Assembly: GCA_964649615.1 (NCBI GenBank)
Contig: CAZYPW010000004.1
Coordinates: forward strand, 9,153 to 73,152
Source: an uncultured Gammaproteobacteria bacterium
GTDB lineage: Bacteria; Patescibacteriota; Microgenomatia; Daviesbacterales; UBA10151
DNA: 64,000 nucleotides
Direction of reading: 5' to 3'
Both the position numbers and the translations under genes were made by a program. Under the pieces are notes generated by a model. The model had not been told where the DNA came from. It searched no databases and saw only the letters and a program-made list of their open reading frames with translations. Shown piece after piece: positions 51,605-60,269 of this stretch; the stretch's first letter is position 1; each line of letters starts with the position of its first letter.

Positions 51605-51673
51605 CTACGAAAGCTCCTCCCTATGAGAGGTAGTTTTAGTAGTTTTCTTTAATGCATTCATTAAGCTATTCAT
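51605..51673 (-). CDS. leader peptide MNSLMNALKKTTKTTSHREELS
   Basis: 22-codon uORF with a KKTTKTT run, upstream of antiterminator/terminator and lysC. Confidence 0.8.
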   Translation of the reverse strand: MNSLMNALKKTTKTTSHREELS

Positions 51674-51832
51674 GGTTAATAAGATATCATATTTTTGACA
51701 ATTTATCAAGATAAAGTTTTAAAATATCCTGACTGATTTCTTCTTTAGATTTCATTTTTCCATTTTTCTATCCATGCATAAAAGTGATCAAAATAATGTG
51801 TATTATAATAAATAGTGTGGTATAATAATTAT

Positions 51833-52096
51833 ATGAATGGTTTATTTTCTAAAATAATATCTATAACCGAACTCCGTCGTAAATTTGGTGAAGTTACCGA
51901 AAATTTGGCCAAAACCGATGCAGTAATCTTAACCAAAGGAGGTGAACCTTTTGCAATCTTGAAGGCAGCTCCAGAGGAAAAGAGAAAACTCTTGATAAAA
52001 ACAGCCGGAGCCTGGAAAGATACAGCATTGGATAATGATATTTTGTGGAAGAAAGTATCCAAAAAAAAGTCCCGTAAAAAGCCAATCTCTTTATGA
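51833..52096 (+). CDS. Phd/YefM-type antitoxin
   Basis: ISITELRRKF, VILTKGGEPFA; ATGA overlap with PIN gene. Confidence 0.82.
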   Translation: MNGLFSKIISITELRRKFGEVTENLAKTDAVILTKGGEPFAILKAAPEEKRKLLIKTAGAWKDTALDNDILWKKVSKKKSRKKPISL

Positions 52097-52491
52097 AGGC
52101 GTACTTAATTGATACTTCAGTTATAATAAACTATCTCAGACATAAAGAATCTACAGTTGAAACCATAAATAATTTAAGCGGAGAACTTACTTCATCCTAT
52201 ATTTGTCTGGCAGAACTTTATGAAGGGATTTCCCGCGTCCGGGAAAAAGAAAAAGCAGAGAAAGTTGTGCTGGATTTTTTTGTTGGATTAGATCGAACTT
52301 ACAGTTTAGACGAAGATATCGCCAAACACTTTGGACAAATCAAAGCTAATCTTAAAATGAAAGGCCAAGTTATAGAGGACTTGGATATTCTGCTGGCAGT
52401 AACCTGTATTGCCAAGGGTCTTACTTTAATAACATCAAACCCTAAACATTTCTCAAGAGTTGCCAATTTAGAAATATTAACAGTAAATTAA
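52093..52491 (+). CDS. vapC: VapC PIN-domain toxin
   Basis: LIDTSVII, ELYEG, DILLA, TSNPKHF. Confidence 0.9.
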   Translation: MKAYLIDTSVIINYLRHKESTVETINNLSGELTSSYICLAELYEGISRVREKEKAEKVVLDFFVGLDRTYSLDEDIAKHFGQIKANLKMKGQVIEDLDILLAVTCIAKGLTLITSNPKHFSRVANLEILTVN

Positions 52492-52680
52492 CTGCTATCA
52501 TTTATATCACGGCCGTAGCATAAATGAAATTACTTCTAATCTGTTTGATTATTCGTTCTGTCAAAAACAGACGTTCTATAACTGGTACAAATCCCTACAG
52601 AACTTTTTGGACAAAATAGTCCTTTAGGAAAAACAGTTATTTTAAGATGAAGTTTCTAGTAAGCCAAATTTAACTTCATC

Positions 52681-53055
52681 CTACTGATCAAATCTTCCAG
52701 CCTGATAAGAGTTTCTTAAGACCCTAGTTATATCCCAAAAAACTCTCTGTAAACCTTCACGGAGAGGATGTGGGAACTCCTGTAATGCTAAGTTGAGTTC
52801 TGACATGGTACCGACTGTCCCCTCTACACGGTGTCTATCAACCACAAGATCTACTGTCGTCAATCCCAACACAAATGCTAGCTTCTCAAATGTACCCATG
52901 GTTAAATTTGATTTACCACCTAAAACCCGTGATAGCTGGGACTTGGAAATTCCTGCTCTTCTTGCCACCTGTGATTGGGACATACCACCTTCCTCTACTT
53001 TCCTTATAAGCTCTTGTCTCCACCTCTCATTTGCCTGATTATTTTCTGCAGTCAT
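52681..53055 (-). CDS. XRE-family HTH regulator
   Basis: MSQSQVARRAGISKSQLSRVLGG. Confidence 0.85.
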   Translation of the reverse strand: MTAENNQANERWRQELIRKVEEGGMSQSQVARRAGISKSQLSRVLGGKSNLTMGTFEKLAFVLGLTTVDLVVDRHRVEGTVGTMSELNLALQEFPHPLREGLQRVFWDITRVLRNSYQAGRFDQ

Positions 53056-53140
53056 ATTAAAAGATTTTAGTACTTATTTTGTAAATGTCAAAAAAATAGA
53101 TAATCTTGACAAAATTTATATAAAATGTTAAGATTTTAAC

Positions 53141-53785
53141 ATGATAAGCGTCTCTGATGCCTTAAATGAAATAATTTCCACCCAACCTTTTATAGAAGAA
53201 GGTTTAGCTCGTGGACTTATAAACTATTCTGCATATGCTCGAGAAGTAAAACCGATGTTTGAAAAAAGACTTTATAAAGATCTAACTGAAGGATCTATTG
53301 TGATGGCTTTAAAAAGGATTAGTGAAAAGCTAAATAAAAAGCCTAAAAAAGAAAATAGTCTAAATTTGACTAATTTGACTGTTAGATCTAATTTAACTGA
53401 ATTTACTTATCTTTATTCAGAATCTTTACCTAATAAGCAAAAAGAATTGTTTAATCATTTATCTGAAGAAAAGGATGTTTATTGTGCAGTATCTCAGGGG
53501 ATAAGGGAAACTACTTTTATAGCCAGTCCTGAGGCTACTTTAGCAATTGAAAGGATTTTCTCATCTGCAAACTTGATTGCTAAAATAGAAGATCTCTCCT
53601 CTGTTTCCATACATCTACCAAAAGAGGTAGTGTATATTCCTGGAGTTTATTATTCAGTGTTGAAAATGTTGGCTTGGGAAAATATAAATGTGATAGAAGT
53701 TTTATCAACTTACACTGAGTTGACAATTATTTTGGAAACTAAAGATGTGGATAAGGCTTTTTCTATTCTAAAAAATATTTCTTAA
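53141..53785 (+). CDS. stand-alone ACT-domain protein (often annotated aspartate kinase-like)
   Basis: GLINYSAYAR N-terminus; IPGVY, INVIEVLSTYTE ACT-like motif. Confidence 0.8.
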   Translation: MISVSDALNEIISTQPFIEEGLARGLINYSAYAREVKPMFEKRLYKDLTEGSIVMALKRISEKLNKKPKKENSLNLTNLTVRSNLTEFTYLYSESLPNKQKELFNHLSEEKDVYCAVSQGIRETTFIASPEATLAIERIFSSANLIAKIEDLSSVSIHLPKEVVYIPGVYYSVLKMLAWENINVIEVLSTYTELTIILETKDVDKAFSILKNIS

Positions 53786-53787
53786 AT

Positions 53788-54276
53788 TTATTTAACTTCT
53801 GATAATTTATCAAGATAAATATTTAAATAGTTGATATCATCCTCCAGATATTTATATTCCAAATTTTGCGTATTTTTCGGATAAGCTACATATAAATCAT
53901 TTAATATTTTTTTATGATTTGTGAATTGGGTTTTTACTGCAGCCACTTTATCTTTTAAATTATTTGCAATTATTAAATCTGTTATTTGTCCTGCTGTTGT
54001 TGAATACCTCAAAGATGAGGGTAGCAAAAAGTCATAGCTTTTATGATCCAAAATAGCCGCAATTTCTGCTAATCTGGCATCGAGCAAAGAACTCATATAA
54101 TCTAATTTATCTGTCGGGTTAGATTTAAAGTTAAGATATATTTTTTCCTGAACTCTTTTTAAACTAAATAACAGCGGGTTATCCGGAGCGGCGCTTTGGG
54201 ATAAGATCAAAGATAAAGCAGTAATAGCTAAAATAACTATTAATATAACTTGAATCCTGGTTTGCATTTTTTTCAT
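53788..54276 (-). CDS. DUF5667-like exported protein
   Basis: Signal peptide; PDNPLLFSLKRVQE. Confidence 0.65.
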   Translation of the reverse strand: MKKMQTRIQVILIVILAITALSLILSQSAAPDNPLLFSLKRVQEKIYLNFKSNPTDKLDYMSSLLDARLAEIAAILDHKSYDFLLPSSLRYSTTAGQITDLIIANNLKDKVAAVKTQFTNHKKILNDLYVAYPKNTQNLEYKYLEDDINYLNIYLDKLSEVK

Positions 54277-54947
54277 ACTTTTAGTGCGCGAAGCGCGCGA
54301 GCTTTGCTTAGAATCTTTAAAATCTCTCTGTGGATTTTCTCTTCGGGGTTCATTTTATCATTCTCCATACAATTTATAACAACCCAATTTTTTTCTGACT
54401 GGGAAAGTTCCAGATAAATTTGGGCCGCTTTTTCTTCATGTTCCAAACTTTTTTCATGAATATCAGTCAGATGAGCTTTTAAGGCATTCTCTTGTCCCAT
54501 TTTTGGATCAACATTTAAAAGAATCACTAAATCTGGTTTTGGCATGCCATTAGTTTGATATTCCAGCTGATCCACCCATTTTATAAAATCTTCTCTCTTG
54601 CTCTCATCTAAATTTGCTCCCAAGTGGGCTTTAGATGCAGAAACATATCTGTTAGCAATAATTAATTTTCCATTTTGCAGCCAGTTTTCAATTTCTGGTT
54701 TTGCTAAAAGTCTATCCGCTGCATAAGCTTCAGCTATCCAATATGGATCCACCTTATTTATAGCCCCAAATTCTCCCTCCAAATATCTTTTAACTAATTT
54801 TCCATATTCATTTTCCTGATATCTTGGAAAGCTTATCACCTCAAAAGGAATGCTTTTTTCCTGAAAATATTTACTTAAAAATTCAATCTGGGTAGTTTTC
54901 CCAGATCCATCTATCCCATCTATAACAATAAGCAAACCTTTGTTCAT
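54273..54947 (-). CDS. tmk: thymidylate kinase
   Basis: DGIDGSGKTTQ, FPRY, ANRY, PKPD. Confidence 0.92.
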   Translation of the reverse strand: MNKGLLIVIDGIDGSGKTTQIEFLSKYFQEKSIPFEVISFPRYQENEYGKLVKRYLEGEFGAINKVDPYWIAEAYAADRLLAKPEIENWLQNGKLIIANRYVSASKAHLGANLDESKREDFIKWVDQLEYQTNGMPKPDLVILLNVDPKMGQENALKAHLTDIHEKSLEHEEKAAQIYLELSQSEKNWVVINCMENDKMNPEEKIHREILKILSKARALRALKV

Positions 54948-55294
54948 AATATAACCTCTAATCCATTCTTGGAATAACAACCAATAAATGGCTGCTTTTT
55001 TCTCCTTAAAGTATTTATAGCACTTATAATCTCGTCCATAAAGGGAATAATCTCTTCTGGTTTAACATTTGGAAAGTCCAAAACCATCACACTTACCTTT
55101 TCCTCGCCTTCAATCGATTTTAGATAATCTTTATCAAAACTTAAAATAATCCGTTTTTCAACAAGTGCTTTTGTTCTAACTGTTGAATCAGAAACACCAT
55201 GTAGAGATCGCTGGATTCTTTTAACATCATGTCTTCTCTTTTGTAAATAAGAAATTAAAGTTGGAGGAAAATTTTCATCAGCGAGTAATTTCAT
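54944..55294 (-). CDS. DUF5615 PIN-like toxin
   Basis: LLADENFP, SD, ILSFDKDY. Confidence 0.85.
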   Translation of the reverse strand: MKLLADENFPPTLISYLQKRRHDVKRIQRSLHGVSDSTVRTKALVEKRIILSFDKDYLKSIEGEEKVSVMVLDFPNVKPEEIIPFMDEIISAINTLRRKKQPFIGCYSKNGLEVIL

Positions 55295-55541
55295 GAAGGA
55301 TTACTGGAACTTTTTCAATCTCCGCACGATTTAATTCTACTTTTTTAACTAGTTTTTTGGCATAGTCAATTGCTGCCAGAATTTCTGATTTTTTAAGCTC
55401 TTTATATTCTTTTAGTATATCATTTACACTCATCCCAGCACCTAAAAAGTTCATTATAAGCTCAACAGTAATTCTAGTTCCAGCAATTATCGGTTTACCA
55501 GATAAAATTTTCGGGTCAGAAATAATTTTTGATCTTGCCAT
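55278..55541 (-). CDS. DUF433 antitoxin
   Basis: DPKILSGKPIIAGTRITV. Confidence 0.9.
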   Translation of the reverse strand: MARSKIISDPKILSGKPIIAGTRITVELIMNFLGAGMSVNDILKEYKELKKSEILAAIDYAKKLVKKVELNRAEIEKVPVILHEITR

Positions 55542-55619
55542 ATAAGTATTATACTACAATAAAACCTCAGCGGACCTATAACTTCTTTTATAATTCTAAA
55601 TTTGATATGCTTTCTTTTA

Positions 55620-56378
55620 ATGGAAAATGTAGATTTACCTAAATCACCCAGTCCCAACAAATTCTCAGAAAGATTTATTAAACCTGTTCTAGAAAGATTT
55701 CAAAGATTAAAGGAAGGAAGAGCTACAACTTTTGAATCTCAAAATCCTTTTGGGTTCGCAACTCCAGACTTTAGCAATTTATCAGAAGACCAAAAAAGAG
55801 AATTATGGATTACTCAAGGAGGTAAAGAATTTAAAGGTGAGGTGGGTGAAGTTAGAAGATATGTAATTGGAGTAAGACCTCACGTTGTTGATCAAGTTAA
55901 AAAGAATGGTTTTGACCCAGAGAAAAAAAGGATGGGCTATACAGCTTTCTTACCCCATTTTATAGGAGGAACAGAGGGTAAAGGAGTATACGGAACTACT
56001 AATCCTACTATGGCTAGTAGAGAATATGGGCCATCCATAATCGTGGCTGATTTTGCTTTAGGGAAAGTAGCTACACCAGATAAAAATCATATTTTAAAAG
56101 TTTTAAATAAATTGCATGATCCTATTAGATGGAGTCAATCTCTTTACAGTGCGATAGCAATGGTTTGGGGAACAGGATCCTTTTTACTGGGTGAAACTGT
56201 TGTATCTCCACAGGCAGCTGTGGCTATACATACTGCATCTCTAGAAGATTTTATTAAAAAAATCCAGCAACACAGAGAATGGATTGTAGCTAAAGATCCT
56301 AAAAGAGTGAAGATAGTAGATGTTTTTCCTTATCTTGAGGCCTATCAGCAAAAGGAATCAGAATTAACAAGAAGATAA
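55620..56378 (+). CDS. hypothetical protein, possibly ADP-ribosyltransferase-fold
   Basis: ORF; VKKNGF...GKGVYGTTNP..A.EY resembles PARP-like motifs but lacks the HGT. Confidence 0.55.
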   Translation: MENVDLPKSPSPNKFSERFIKPVLERFQRLKEGRATTFESQNPFGFATPDFSNLSEDQKRELWITQGGKEFKGEVGEVRRYVIGVRPHVVDQVKKNGFDPEKKRMGYTAFLPHFIGGTEGKGVYGTTNPTMASREYGPSIIVADFALGKVATPDKNHILKVLNKLHDPIRWSQSLYSAIAMVWGTGSFLLGETVVSPQAAVAIHTASLEDFIKKIQQHREWIVAKDPKRVKIVDVFPYLEAYQQKESELTRR

Positions 56379-56382
56379 TAAT

Positions 56383-58026
56383 TTAATTCTTGCTTACTGC
56401 CTCTATAAATGCAAGAAATAGAGGGTGTGGAGAAAGAGGCCTTGATTTATATTCCGGATGGCCCTGGGTGGCCATATAAAAAGGATGGGTCTCTTTGGGA
56501 AATTCTATTATCTCCACTAAATTCTCCTTCGCTGACCTGGCTGAAAATACCATGCCCTTGTTTTCAAAATCTTTAGAATACTCATTATTAAATTCATACC
56601 TGTGCCTGTGCCTTTCTGAAGTTAGTCCTTCAGGATTTTTAAGCTGGCCATATTCCTTGTATATTTCATATGCTTGAGTGCCTTTTGCAACAATAGCATC
56701 CCAGGAACCTAACCTCATTGTTCCACCATATGCTCTTTTAGCCATGAATTTTTTTTGTTTAGGCATTAAATGAATTACAGGATGCTTAGTCCTTTTATCA
56801 TTTTCAGTGGTATTGGCATCTTTCCAGCCTAAAATATCCCTGGCAAACCCTATTACCGAAAGCTGCATCCCATAACAAAGCCCCAGATAGGGAATCTTTC
56901 TATCCCTAGCATATGAGGCTGCAGCTATCATCCCCTCAGCCCCCCTTTCTCCCCAGCCAATTGGCACAATTAACCCATCAGGATTTCCTATAATTTCTAC
57001 TCCTTCCTTTTCCACTTTCTCAGCATCTATCCATAAAGTTTGAACTTTAACCCCAATATTAAACGAGGCATGATCTATAGCATCAAGTAAGGCTGCATAA
57101 GAATCTCTTAACTGATAATCCCCTGTGCCAAAATATTTTCCCACAATGGCAATGGTAACCACTTTAGCTTTTTTGCTGTTTATTCTTTCCACTAAATTTT
57201 CCCATGCCTTCAAATCAGGTTTTTTTACCTTCAGGCCCAATTTTTTAAGTATTCTTTCTTCCAAACCTTGTTTGTGTAAAACCAAAGGAATCTCATAGAC
57301 TGATGGTAAATCCGGATTAGAGATAATATCCTCCGGTTTCATATTACAAAACAGGGCAAATCTTTCCCTTCTTCTTTGATCCAGATATTTTTCAGATCTG
57401 GTAATCACAAAATCAGGCTGAATTCCTAAAGAGTTTAAGGTCCTGACAGATAGTTGAGTGGGTTTGGTTTTTGGCTCGCCAAGGTGAGGAGGTGTTGGTA
57501 CATATGAAACATGAATATGTAAAACATCACCCGGCTTTTGTAATGTCAAAATTCTTGATGCTTCATAGTAAAAAACATTCTGGTACTCACCTGCTGTTCC
57601 CCCCAGCTCAATAATGACAATGTCGGCATTTTTTACCTTTCCTAGGTGATTTATCCTGTCAATAATTTCATTAGTCAAATGTGGAATAGCTTCTACATCC
57701 TCCCCCTGGTATTCAAATCTTCTTTCCCGATCAATTACTGACTGATAGATTCTACCCATGGTGACAAAATTTTCCTTACCCATATCCTCATCCAAAAACT
57801 TCTCATAAGTTCCGATATCCATATCAGCTTCTGTTCCGTCTTCACACAGGAATGGATCACCATGTTCTATTGGATTGATTGTTCCTGCATCCAAATTTAA
57901 GTAATTTTCAAATTTAATGGGGGCAACTTTGTAACCTGCAGATTTTAGCAGGAAAGCAATTGAGGCAGCTGTTGTGCCTTTTCCAATACCAGAAATTACA
58001 CCACCTGAAACAAATATATATTTCAT
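56383..58026 (-). CDS. pyrG: CTP synthase
   Basis: GGVISGIGKG, KTKPTQ, GLCYGMQ, RHRHRYE, QGHPE. Confidence 0.98.
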   Translation of the reverse strand: MKYIFVSGGVISGIGKGTTAASIAFLLKSAGYKVAPIKFENYLNLDAGTINPIEHGDPFLCEDGTEADMDIGTYEKFLDEDMGKENFVTMGRIYQSVIDRERRFEYQGEDVEAIPHLTNEIIDRINHLGKVKNADIVIIELGGTAGEYQNVFYYEASRILTLQKPGDVLHIHVSYVPTPPHLGEPKTKPTQLSVRTLNSLGIQPDFVITRSEKYLDQRRRERFALFCNMKPEDIISNPDLPSVYEIPLVLHKQGLEERILKKLGLKVKKPDLKAWENLVERINSKKAKVVTIAIVGKYFGTGDYQLRDSYAALLDAIDHASFNIGVKVQTLWIDAEKVEKEGVEIIGNPDGLIVPIGWGERGAEGMIAAASYARDRKIPYLGLCYGMQLSVIGFARDILGWKDANTTENDKRTKHPVIHLMPKQKKFMAKRAYGGTMRLGSWDAIVAKGTQAYEIYKEYGQLKNPEGLTSERHRHRYEFNNEYSKDFENKGMVFSARSAKENLVEIIEFPKETHPFYMATQGHPEYKSRPLSPHPLFLAFIEAVSKN

Positions 58027-58125
58027 GGTGTTTATTATCCAGACTAAGCCCTAAAATTACAAGTCTTATCTTTTATGTGTTATAATATTATTATGGGGTT
58101 CTAACCCCAAGATTTTCTTTTGGCT

Positions 58126-59523
58126 TTAAATAAGCTCATAAAAACCATTTCCTACTCTCCTAACTATTCCTTCTTGGACTAAAAGATTAAGACCTCTGCC
58201 GAAAGCCGATCTTCCAGGTTTTCTCTCATTCTCTTGATTTATCAATTCAGCTAAATGACTTAACTTAACTGGCTCACCTATTCTTTGCATAGCCTCTATT
58301 AATTTTCCCCTAGTTTCATCTCCACCTTTAGGACCAATATGACTTCTTTCCTGCTGATAGTTGTCTAGGAAGTAGGATAATTTTGTTGAAACCAATGGTC
58401 TGTTTGGAAGTGGGGTTAGAGTATCAGCTACTTCTTTTATTGGTAAAAGTACTTCATCATAAAACATCTTAGTTAAATCAGTTGCTTCAGCTTGGCTTAC
58501 AGTATCTCCCCCCTTAAAAACTGACTGATGGGATAAAGCCCCAATGTTAGATAAAAATGTGAGGACATTTGAAATATCACTAGGATATACATTTAGGGCA
58601 TTCCCCAGATCATACCAAGTAAAAGTAGTATCAGGATACTGTAAAATATAATTAATTATCTTATTAAAAAAGCTTCTATTTTTAAAAGCTTTCCTCTTTT
58701 TTCTCATTTCCTGATACAAATATTCCACATCATGAAGTTTTTCTTCATCCCTTAATATATAGCCAGACCAACCTTTAACCTTCTGACCTCTGTGATCTCT
58801 TCCAGGAGATTGGTAATGAAGGATACCACAAGCGCTGGAGTTGTCTGAATCATCACCCAAATTATTTAAAACAAGTGAAATAGCTCCTCTTTTAACTTGC
58901 CCTTCTAAGACCTCTTCCAAATCAACAGTTCGATGTACACCAGGATGAGTTACCAGGTACTCAACCACCTTAAAAACTGCTAGAGGGCGTCTTTCATCTG
59001 TCCGGGATTGAATAGAGCCTATCAGTCTGAACATGGAGTCAAACTGATGAGGGAGACCACCCTGTCCTACTTGGTAAACAAACTCACAAACATATGATGT
59101 GATAAGAAGAATGCAAAACCAAGGTGTGGCTAAAGATGCCTTCCCAGTTACTTATAGTGCTGCCTGGGCATATTGTGAACGTATGGATAAAGATGGGGAA
59201 ATAAAAGATGGCTCGTTGGTAAGGATTGGAACAGTGGTTAAACAGGCTCATCTCAGGTCTTTGGAGAGGGGTGAGGAAACAGGGTATATTTTGTCTCAAG
59301 CAGGAGCAGATTTAGCAATGTCCCTTTTACCATAATAAAGCTGTTTGGCTGTAAAATAAATTGTTCCCTGATCCATTCCTGCTAGGACTACTATTTTTGG
59401 ATCCGGGGTTAGGGTAGATAATAAGCCCCCTAATCCTCTTTCAGGATTGTAACTATCATTTTCAGCCGAGTGCAAAGAAACAAAATCTTTATATCTTTCT
59501 AGTTTTTCGGGACTTATTGCCAT
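58126..59523 (-). pseudogene. 465-aa winged-helix-like protein gene disrupted by inversion of 59093-59334
   Basis: Track ORFs 59296-59523(-), 59099-59335(+) and 58126-59034(-) join in frame when the segment is flipped. Confidence 0.85.
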
Positions 59524-59570
59524 GGTCGAATTATAGGATATTTATTTGGTGAATACAAATTGAGGCAAGT

Positions 59571-59960
59571 CTAATTTTTATAAAGCTTCTCAAAATCTTG
59601 ATCAAAAGAAAAAAGCTCATCTTTTTTGGCTATTTGAGACAGATAAATGTCTGTAAAATCCTGCTTTCTTTTGATCATTTTTTCCAGAACCTTTGCCATC
59701 AATTCTTTCTCAACCTCAATAATTTTAATGTTTTTAAGAATTAATAGCTTAATAAGCTGTGGAAGAAATATTTTTCTTTTAATTTTGTAGAATTTCTCCA
59801 GTATCCAAACAACTTCATTTACTACTAAAATTGAAACTAATGCATTAACTTCTCTTTCCTCAATACTTTCAAAAAAACTCCTGGACTTCTGATACTGTTC
59901 TTCAACATCTCTAGTGATAAATCTTATGAGGATATTACTGTCTACAAAGACATCTTTCAT
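59571..59960 (-). CDS. vapC: PIN-domain toxin
   Basis: VDSNILIRF, NEVVWIL, DFTD, SFDQDF. Confidence 0.88.
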   Translation of the reverse strand: MKDVFVDSNILIRFITRDVEEQYQKSRSFFESIEEREVNALVSILVVNEVVWILEKFYKIKRKIFLPQLIKLLILKNIKIIEVEKELMAKVLEKMIKRKQDFTDIYLSQIAKKDELFSFDQDFEKLYKN

Positions 59961-60236
59961 TTACTTTTTATTCATCTTCTTCACTAAATCTCTGGCCACA
60001 ATTTTTTTTGTTTCTTCCATTACTTTAGAAAAAGGTATTCCCCTTTTTGAAGGTGGGATATATTTCAACAGACTTCCTCCGACCTGATCCACTATGGAAG
60101 TTTTCAAGGGTTTTACCAAAAGAGCACCCTTTTGGGGATATAATGCTATTCTCATTCTAGGAGCTAATTTTAACTCTTGCTGGATATCTTTGGGAATAGT
60201 TATTTGACCTTTAGAAGAAAGTAAAGTTATTTTCAT
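59961..60236 (-). CDS. AbrB/MazE-type antitoxin
   Basis: SSKGQITIPK. Confidence 0.88.
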   Translation of the reverse strand: MKITLLSSKGQITIPKDIQQELKLAPRMRIALYPQKGALLVKPLKTSIVDQVGGSLLKYIPPSKRGIPFSKVMEETKKIVARDLVKKMNKK

Positions 60237-60269
60237 ATTACTTTAATTATAACATATTACTTTACTAAA

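Noticed and set aside
52492-52680. Several weak hairpins or a gene remnant between vapC and the HTH gene
   Set aside because: Short AT-rich stems, no convincing ORF and no second copy
59099-59335. Independent 78-aa plus-strand gene
   Set aside because: It is the inverted middle of the 58126-59523 gene
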